Source: Thermodesulfobacteriota bacterium
Lineage (GTDB): Bacteria > Desulfobacterota_D > UBA1144 > Nemesobacterales > JAJCZQ01
Direction: 5' to 3'
DNA length: 64,000 nucleotides
Assembly: GCA_965203965.1 (NCBI GenBank)
Contig: CBDBDR010000015.1
Span: forward strand, 1 to 64,000
Under the pieces are notes generated by a model, which saw only the letters and a list, made by a program, of their open reading frames with translations, did not search any database and had not been told where the DNA came from. Positions 55,184 to 64,000 of this stretch are shown here, one piece after another. Position 1 is the first letter of the stretch. Each line of letters begins with the position of its first letter. Made by a program: the position numbers and the translations under genes.

Positions 55184-58100
55184 ATGGCAAGATATTTTAG
55201 CTTCAAGAAAAAAGACAGCAACTCGCTTCAAGGTAAGAAACTCCGCGTCCGTGCTTCTGAATCATTTGCGGCTACGACCTGTACGAGGTTGCCGCTGGAG
55301 CAAATGTACAATGTATTCGAATGGTGGATAGGGCATTATTCATTGCGGTAGGAGGTGGTCGGATTTTTATTTTGGTTTGGTACAGATATTAGCGCCATTA
55401 TTACCCTGGGGTAGGGTTGGGTTTGTCTGTCTGTATGTAGTATGTGTATGTACAAAAAACGTGGCTGTTTATTGCCTTACTGCTCAAAGATTGTCATGAA
55501 ATAGCTCTCAACAGCTTGGTTGTTGAATATTTATTCAACGCTTGCGAAGTCATGCATGAAAGTCTTCTGTCGCGTGCTACGGCCATGCATGTATTCCTAT
55601 TAGCAACATCGCCGATTAGAACATTCCGGTAAGTAGGTGTGCCACAATTGTGAGACGTGGCCAAGCCATTAAATTAAAATCCACCAATAATTATTTTGAC
55701 AAAACGCTAATAATTATACATGTAGTACTTTGCGCCAATATTTTCTGCTATATGGTATGAGATACCTATGTCCATTGCTGTTCCATTTAGCGACTGATTA
55801 GAGCATAATAATTATTAGACCACAGCTAAACAACGCTCACGTGTCTTTGCTCGTCGTTCGTGTTGTTTTTGTTTGCTGTTGCTATGGTCTAAATCAGTTA
55901 GACTGCGCATCCAATCGGATCTACGCGATGTAGATGCCCTCACGCCGTTACCATAGCGCCCTCGCTACACTCGGATGCTATATAGCAACGGCTCTCGGGC
56001 TTCTAAATTGTGTAGATCCTCGGATGCGCTGTCTAACTATTATTTATAATGAGATTTACAGTGAAACCCCTCTTAATTAGCATGGACCGGACTCATCTCT
56101 CTATAATAGCACTTATTATTACTGAACCCCAAATAATGGATACCCTAGCTCTCTAAAATGGACAATATTGTTTGTCCTAATGGTGTCCGCTTTATAGAGG
56201 CTCCACTGTATCGCAAACTTCTGACTTGTTTAACTTTCAGAAATGGTGTTAGTTTTTAAGATTTGGTTTGTTTATAGTTTTAGAATCAGTTCTGTTTTTG
56301 TTTGAGGTTTGGACGTTTATTATGACAAGAAGGTTTTCATAATAAAAGCTTGACTCAATGAATGATTTTATGTAAGTCCACAAAGAAGTCTGTGGAGTAT
56401 GTTAAGCTCCTGTTTGAGCTAATTTATAATTCTTAAAACCTGTATTGGCAAAAGGAAATGCCATTTAGTAAGTTAGTGGTTTTCCAGAAGTAACACAAGT
56501 ATGCAGCAGTCATAGTGCATTGTCTGGTAACAAGGATTAAAACTCACAAGACTGAATAATTATTATTGCACCAAAATTTAAACAGCTTGATGGTAGCCAG
56601 CAAAAGTATCCTGATCTACTTGAGTGCCCGATACTGTTTTGCTTGGCTACTGATGAATATCGAACAAGTCTGAACTTCATGGAATCCTCGAGGACAATTC
56701 ACTACATAGTTAGCAAAATAGCTTTACTCTCTCAGGCCCTAGTAAGACAGTTAGTAGATGAGTACTGTTCGTAATTTTGATGCTAGAATTGGTATGCCAT
56801 TTTCCAGCACAGCGCCCACACATTATGCTCACTGCAGCTACATCCATGGAGGCGCAGCAGAATTCGACTAGATGATAATCATTCAATGACTCAATACAAT
56901 GTTAATGTTGTGACTATGGTTAATCGATAATCAAGGTAGAGGAGCTCCACATTATGACACTGTAAGCGTGGATGCTTTTTACTATGCGAAAACAGTAAAA
57001 TTTCTGTGTTTATTGTAGCAAATTTTTACACTACTGATTTAATAGTGTGTGATAGAAACTTTTCACTAAAATTTTAATCATAGAAAAAATCCAAGAAACA
57101 GAGGATGAGGATCGAATAAAGAATGAGGAATTGGAGAAGGACTGCCTCGAGCGAGCTCTCACAGCTGCTGTCACAACTGGTAACCACTTCAATGTGGGCA
57201 AGTTGATTGTTAAGGGTGCCACAAATATCGACAATGCCCTCAAGCAAGCCATCGAAACAAAGAAATACCATGCCACGGCCATGCTTCTTTTGGTTATTGC
57301 TGCTATGAAAGGGAAATGTCAGCTTGTTCTGAAGCTGTTTACTGAGTATTCTGGGGCTGTTGCTCTCCCTGAAGGTGTAGAAATCACTGAAGAGGATATC
57401 AAAGAAGTACAGAAAGCTGTTACATCTGGGCAAGTATCCACAGTCGTACCAATCGAGATAGCTCGAAGAAAGGGCCAGGATAGTGTCCGAGAGGAGCTGC
57501 TTCTTCACACTGAAGTGAAACAAGATGAAGGCACCGTATATTGGCATGGGCTACGACTGCTGAATATTGAGCTCTCCTGGATCAGAAAGATTCACTGGGT
57601 AAAGAGACTACGTCTTGCTCGAAATGGATTCCGCTTCATTCCAAGTGAAGTCAGACAATATCTAAAACAGGTAATTAGTCAGCATAATATTTTTTCCAAT
57701 TAGAATTAAGGCCTACAAAGTGCATTGAATTCCCTTTGGAGAATTGCTCGTCCAAGGTGAAGTCAATGCGCATTGAGTGCGTTCACAATTTAGTGACAAT
57801 ACAAATAAAGAAACGATTTGAAAAATGAATTAGCCATTACCGCTGTCATGTGACCAAATTTCTCTTGGCGTCCTAGTCACTTCAGTAGCCCATCCAATCA
57901 TCCATGCAGTTGTAGTACCCCTCTAGTCTCTCTGCATGCACTCACGAAGCACATTTTCACGATTTCATGCAAGAGGTGTGACTTCGTTATTGATGAATAA
58001 TAATATGATTTGCTTGAATCGCTTCCAGTCCACTTCCAAACCATCTCCGTACATGGTTTAGCTGAAAGCGCATTGAACTCGAATGCGCATTCAGTGTGAA

Positions 58101-61100
58101 TGATGCAAATCGAATTCAATGTGCATATAATGTACATTGAATTCGCAATTTTGCCATAGTATAATGAAGGGCCTTAAATGGGTGCACACTGCTCACTTCA
58201 TACTTGTTTACTCTTTCCCTATCTAGGTCGTTCTGCTTGATTTACAGCACAATGAGCTGACAGAAATACCTCGTTGTATCCTTGAGCTGCCTAGTCTAAC
58301 CAAACTCATCCTCTCCCACAATCATATTGTGGAATTGCCTGATATACATGAGTGGTCCGCTGGTCTGACAGTACTAGATTTGGCTTTCAATGAGCTAAGT
58401 AACCTCCCTAATACAATCGTAGCTCCCTCCATCAGGACACTGAATATCAGCGGCAACAAATTTCGCTTCGTTCCACTTTGCATCTGCTCGTTTACCAGCC
58501 TTCAATATCTTGATCTCAGTGAAAATGTTCACATTCGCTTTCTTCCTGTTGAAATGGGTCGACTCTCTAATCTTACTAAGCTAGGACTGAAGGGTCTGAA
58601 ATATCTCAGTGATCCTCCACGTAATGTTCAGCGTGATGCAAGAGACTGTGTTTACTACCTCAATAGCAAGCTTCGCAGTGCTAAAAAATTTTATCGCATG
58701 AAGCTTATGCTTATTGGCAAGCAAGATCGAGGTAAGACAACTTTGGTAACTCGACTGCTAGGCAATGAGATCGTGGGTCCCAACCAGTCTACGGTAGGTG
58801 TAGACGTGAGCGAGTGGAATTATGGTGGTATTGGCAAGCGCAAGTTTCAGTTTAGTATCTGGGACTTTGGTGGTCAAGAAGAATACTATGCTACTCATCA
58901 GTGCTTTCTCTCTGAGCGATCTATGTACCTCCTTCTTTTCAACCTCAAGCACGGAGAAAAAGGAGTTGAGGAGCTCAAACCATGGCTTGACAACATTGTC
59001 CTCAGAGCACCACGTTCCTGTGTCATCATTGTTGGTACTCATCTTGATGAAGTGGAAGACTCAGAAAGGCCACAGATCGACCAACTTCTCAACAGTGTGG
59101 CCACTCTTGCCAGCAGCTATGGCAACAAGCTGCAAGTTCCTGAAGTACTGCCTGTTGGTCTTGTGAACAGGCTAGAGAACATAGGATATCTTCGTGAGGC
59201 AATATACTTACATGCTTCTGAGTTTAAGGCTCGAGGAAACCAGCCAATTATGGGACAAGAGATTCCTGCTAGCTATTTTCAGCTCAACAAAGAATTGGAG
59301 AAGATACAACAACAAGTGAAAGAAAACAAGAGTGAGCCAATCATGCATGCCGAGCGCTTCAAGGATCTAGTTCAACAACTGAAGCTCCCTGATATCCACA
59401 GCGATGGAGAGCTGCGAACAGCCACCCTCTTCCTCCATGAGGTAGGAACTATTCTCCACTATGATGATCGAAGTCACAGCTTAAATGAGCTATATTTCGT
59501 GGATCCTTGCTGGCTTTGCGACATGATGTCAAAAGTTGTCAGAAGAAACAACTTTGTCAAGAATGGAATTCTCCATAGTATGTACATACCATTTCTTTAT
59601 CGTGAGAAACAATTTCCCTGGCAGTACTTTGAGCAGTATATCACTCTTCTGGATCGCTTTGAAATAGCTCTTCCACTCGACAACAAGCGAGTACTTATTC
59701 CCTCCATGTTGCCCATTGAGCGTCCAAACGATGCTGATCTATCTAGTCATCCAGATGGCCCTTACTACATGCGCTACATCACGTTTGCTACTACTGTTCC
59801 TCCTGGATTCTGGAGCCGACTTATCTCTCATATCATGCACACTGTGCCTGAAGTGTACCATGCTGTTGATGTGAAAGCTGCCTTATCAAGTGATGAGGAG
59901 GCTATGGCATATTCTTATCCTGGAACACCAGATAAAAAATCAGGCGACTTACTTATGGATTCTTCTGAGGGCGTCTCTTCTGCTGGACTTCAATCTCCCA
60001 AGGCACAGTCTCCTTTGTCTTATCCTTCTACTCCCGGTAGTCAACCTACTGTTCACCCACCCATTGTTTTGCCTAATATCAGTCGCATTATTCATGATGA
60101 AGACTTTGGCGATGTCAATCCCGAAGACATCAAACTGGTGTACTGGAGAGAAGGACTAGTGTATGATGGACCTACAGTTAGTTTTGCTGTGGAGTCACTG
60201 ACAGGATCAGGGCATAGATCAAAATCTGGTAGACAAGGTGTGCTATTAAAGGCATCTCCTACTGGGAAAGGCACCAAGACTATCTGCCTCTTGGTCGACT
60301 TGGTATTGGCACTTATTCATGACTGGTATCCAGGCCTGAACGAAAGTACCTTTGCCGGTGCATGTGGTGTTGAGCAACGCATCCCTTGCTACGAGTGCCT
60401 CAGAGAAAATCATAGTGATCCTTTTGAGTTTGAAATTGAGCAATCACGTCTACATATAAGTAACAATCAGATGCAGATACGATGTGGATACAACACAAGA
60501 GATGATTCAGCCAATCATTTAGTCCAATTAAGTGACATTGTTCCAGATATGCTCTTGAGAGATCTTGATGATGTATTTCTCCTTAAACATTCTGAAATCA
60601 AGTATCAAGAAGATGCCAATTCTTTGCTAGGCGAGGGTGGCTTTGGAAAGGTGTATCGAGGCAAGTGCAGAGATAAGAGTGTTGCTATTAAGAAGTACAT
60701 AGTGAACAGCAATCGTCTTGAAGATGCTTTCAGTGAGCTTCGAGCAGAAGCTCTTGTTCTTCAGAAGTCTCATCATCCGTGTTTAGTGTGTCTTGTGGGA
60801 GTCTGTGTTCATCCTATGATGGCACTGGTTCTAGAAGAAGCTCCCATGGGATCTTTAGAGAAGTACCTCATTAAGAAACCAATACCAATTTCTCGAGTTG
60901 TGATCTATCGCATGGCAGCTCAGATTGCAGCTGCACTAAGGTTTCTTCATAATACAGGGTACATCTATAGAGATCTGAAGGCAGCAAATGTGCTTGTTTG
61001 GTCACTAGAGCCTGAGTCTTTGTGCCACTGCAAGGTAACAGATTTTGGTATCACCACGCATCTCTCTCCAGTTGGAGCACTTGGAATTCAAGGAAACAAA

Positions 61101-62660
61101 TGGTTTATTGCTCCAGAGGTTCTCTACATTGGAAAGAGGAAGGCTGTTTACACTCACAAGGCTGACATATTTTCTTTTGCAATGTTGCTGTATCAGATGA
61201 TTGCTCGTCGCTGTCCTTTTCATAATATACAGCCAGTGAAGATTGATACGAAGGTTGTGAGTGGAGAGCGTCCGAACATTGTTGATGTCCCTTTCGCTGA
61301 CACTGGTTACTTTTTCTTGACCTACTTGATGAAGAAATGCTGGGAAGACAGACCAGAGTTACGACCACAGACCAGTGATATCATCAACAAAGTGTCTGGA
61401 ATGGTCATGCAGTCAGTGATGGCCATACATTCAGTGAACAGTCGCTTCTCCGTACGTAATTGCTGTTGTGCAACATTGTCTTGCAAATCTGCTCAATTCC
61501 ATAGCAGTAGCCAATTCAGCGAGTCTTGCAAATTCAACAGTAGGAGCCTATTGGGTGAGCTTTGGGTTTGTTGTGATGGGACTGAAGGAACAGAATTTAT
61601 CATTTACAGCACTAGAATGGAAAATCTGGGCAAGATACTCATCAAGAACAATCAAGTGCAGTGCATGTGCGTGTGTGGAGACCATGTCTGGGTTGGATCA
61701 CGAGCTGGCATTGAGTACGGAGTGATTGATATATTTTGCAAGACGTCACATGAGCATGTTCATAACATAAAAATGACTAAGTTGGTCTCCTGCATCACCT
61801 GTTCTGACTCAACTGTCTACCTCGGTACACTTGAGGGCTACTGTTTTGCTTTCTGCATGGATATCAAGGCCATTCAGTCGAATGCTCGTCCACGATATAA
61901 GTACATCTCTGAGAATGCAGTAGATGGTATTGCTGTGACTAACAAGCATGTATGGGTGTCTCACACTAAGCTGATATACTTCCTCAACCTTGAAACACTG
62001 CAAATGGAACACTCCTGGCACCGACAAGGGAATCAAGATGCGTTCATTGGACAGCTGTCATGTTCAAATGATGGAAAGATCATCTGGAGTGCTCATCTTG
62101 GAGGAACAATATTATCTGCTTTTGATGCACATGATGAGACCCACTTGTACGATATCAATATCCAGCAAGAGTTCATACGTTTAGTTGGGAAAGGAATCCA
62201 CTCAGAATATGATATCATAATGACAGCCGTAACTCCAGCACTAGACACAGTGTTTGTGGGCATGGCAACAGGTCACATCGTGGTATTCCATGAGCAACTA
62301 GTAATGATGATTGCTCGACCATACACAGAGTATGTGAGGTTCCTTTGTCCGATTTTATCAGAAGGCCCTTGTCAGACAGAAAAATGCATGGTCTTGGCTG
62401 GAGCTAAAGGATTCACCAGCCCTTTACCAGAGTACGATGTTGTTCTTTCTACAGCCGACTCAGAGGAAGAAAAAGGACATCAATCAGCCGGTGTACTAGT
62501 GATGTTTGAAGCTTATCCTGGCCCAATGATAAAGCAGATGAAATGTCTTGAGGATGATGAAGGAGGCTATTTGTCATCACACACTAATCTCGCCAGAATG
62601 ATTCGTAGTCAGCACTTCAAAGATGCTACTCATATCCTTGATTCACCTACGCATGTTTGA
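55184..62660 (+). CDS. LRRK-like Roco kinase copy 2 (no ankyrin exon, no C-terminal tail); exons 55184-55232 (inferred), 57084-57670, 58227-62660
   Basis: Exons 2-3 are near-identical to copy 1 with an intact ORF. Candidate exon 1 MARYFSFKKKDSNSLQ ends in phase 1 (g|gtaag), matching the phase-1 acceptor at 57084. The first exon is less certain than the rest. Confidence 0.8.
55814..55891. repeat. Short inverted-repeat element
   Basis: tagaccacagc ... gctatggtcta termini. Confidence 0.45.
55896..56038. repeat. Long imperfect palindrome / hairpin MITE
   Basis: agttagactgcgcatcc..gatctacgcgatgtagatgccc..gccgttaccatagc pairs with gctatatagcaacggc..gggcttctaaattgtgtagatc..ggatgcgctgtctaact. Confidence 0.75.
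56059..56208. mobile_element. Tc1/mariner-pogo type MITE, 150 bp
   Basis: TA|CAGTGAAACCCCTCT ... AGAGGCTCCACTG|TA: imperfect TIRs with TA target duplication. Confidence 0.7.
57709..58174. mobile_element. Degenerate PIF/Harbinger-like MITE in Roco copy 2 intron 2
   Basis: ttaAGGCC ... GGCCTtaa ends. Subterminal AATGCGCATT and GAATTC motifs at both ends; AATGCGCATT is also seen in the 49543-49962 element. Confidence 0.5.
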
Positions 62661-62901
62661 AGATTAAAGTGCTTACAGATTAATTACATCAATACCTGAA
62701 GAAACTTGCACCATAGTTACAAATATCTTTAATCCTCATTTTAGTTTATTGATCGTCATAATAATTATAATAATGATTTCACAGTATAAACAAATTTGAC
62801 ATAGGTCTTGTGAATAGTTACATGGTATGCAGTTTAGATCAGTAGTTCAGACTTAGTAGTGGTAGTGAGTATTTACAAATTGCATGTAATAAAGTACTTG
62901 T

Positions 62902-64000
62902 TTAGTTATTAATCCTGTCAGCCATCTCATTCTCTTCCATCCGTTTTAGAGCAGCTCTCAACACACTCCATGAGGGCACACCTTTCTGTGATACAGTGTC
63001 TTTCTGTTGCAGCCAAGCTACCAGCATCTTTAACTTGCACTGTGAGATATTTCTATGCTGTTCTTCTGAAATTCTTTCCAATGTGGGATAGTGCAGGCCC
63101 AACTTTAGACCAAGGTTCATCCAGTCATTCAGATCTTCTACAATTTCCAACACATCACACAGATCATTAACAGCTGTGAGTGAAAAAAAAACAGTTTTGT
63201 GATCTAAAGTCTGTTTCAAAACATGACACAGATGCCAGCATTAGACAACAAGGCTTATGACACTGCATGATAAAAATTACAATCTAATCTTAGTATTGAT
63301 CAGCATAATGTTTGTTAGAAGCTAGCACAAGCATCATATTGTAGCCAGGTTTTACTCACAGAGTGTGTCACTGCTAACAGCATCAGGAGCTTCTGGTGGC
63401 TCTATGTCCTCTGCTTTCAGTTCTGCTACTTCCTGTACACACATACATAATACTACTGCACATGTCATTAGCAACAGTGCTCACCAGAGGATTCCTACCG
63501 GCAAATATGCTTTGTTTGTTCAGGCAATCTCTCAGTTCCTTATGGTCTTGTGGTTTCTGCTGGGCCTGTTGGAAGTACCTGAGTACTTCCTGAAAGAGGG
63601 AATCTAGAACAGGTTGGCTAGCCATGGTTTCTTTGAAGAGCTGGCAGACAGATGAGGGTCGTAAGAGATAGTAAGGTTCACAAGATAGAGCATCACTTGT
63701 AAGAAACTTGTTTCTTCCTTCCTTTCGATCCAAAAGAAGCTTATGCTGAAGAAGCATCGACTTTGCTACTGTAGGCATATCAAATAGGTCGATATCAGGC
63801 AAGATGTCAAAGGGATAGCGGTCTAGTAGAGAGGGAGAGATTAGACATTCACATGTGCTCACAACACTGCACAGCTGCTGTTGGAGGTCAAGGATCATCC
63901 TAATGACACTGCTAATGATCTCTGCTGCTTCTGTACTTTTCTCAGACACCAGCACAATAACCCAGCGATTACGATCCACAATCTCTACTACTGTGGACAC
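62902..64000 (-). CDS. 3' end of a death-domain protein with a possible COR-like region upstream; 5' end outside window
   Basis: Last exon DLCDVLEIVEDLNDWMNLGLKLGLHYPTLERI...CKLKMLVAWLQQKD...PSWSVLRAALKRMEENEMADRI is a death fold. It links via a short exon EVAELKAEDIEPPEAPDAVSSDTL to ORF 63383-64000. Confidence 0.8.

Noticed and set aside
57084..62660. Roco copy 2 as a pseudogene or assembly duplicate
   Set aside because: The ORF is intact over 1443 aa with frame-preserving indels, and introns and flanks are distinct. Not fully excluded without reads.

Overview
Gene-dense eukaryotic (animal) DNA with short GT-AG introns, mostly ~40-70 bp. The gene content and death-domain style suggest a demosponge (inference). 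In order: 3' part of a usherin (USH2A) gene (+), an R3H-like gene (-), KCTD3/SHKBP1 (-), WDR20 (-) head-to-head with cytosolic HSP90 (+), an unknown gene (-), ZFYVE19 (+), a large ARM-like/ATE1-type arginyltransferase fusion with a predicted myristoylation motif (+), MCFD2 (-), PSMG3 (+), TEX11 (-) with an intronless TRIM gene nested on the same strand in one intron, TECPR2 (-), two tandem LRRK-like Roco kinase genes (+) and the 3' end of a death-domain gene (-). Several small TIR elements (MITEs) lie in the Roco introns. Highlights are the ARM-ATE1 fusion, the nested TRIM, the mosaic Roco pair (copy 2 has a new first exon, no ankyrin exon, no PB1-like tail and an altered activation loop), and apparent gene-order conservation with human USH2A-KCTD3 and HSP90AA1-WDR20-TECPR2. 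All family calls are by eye and from recall; no searches were run, and exon boundaries were inferred by hand.
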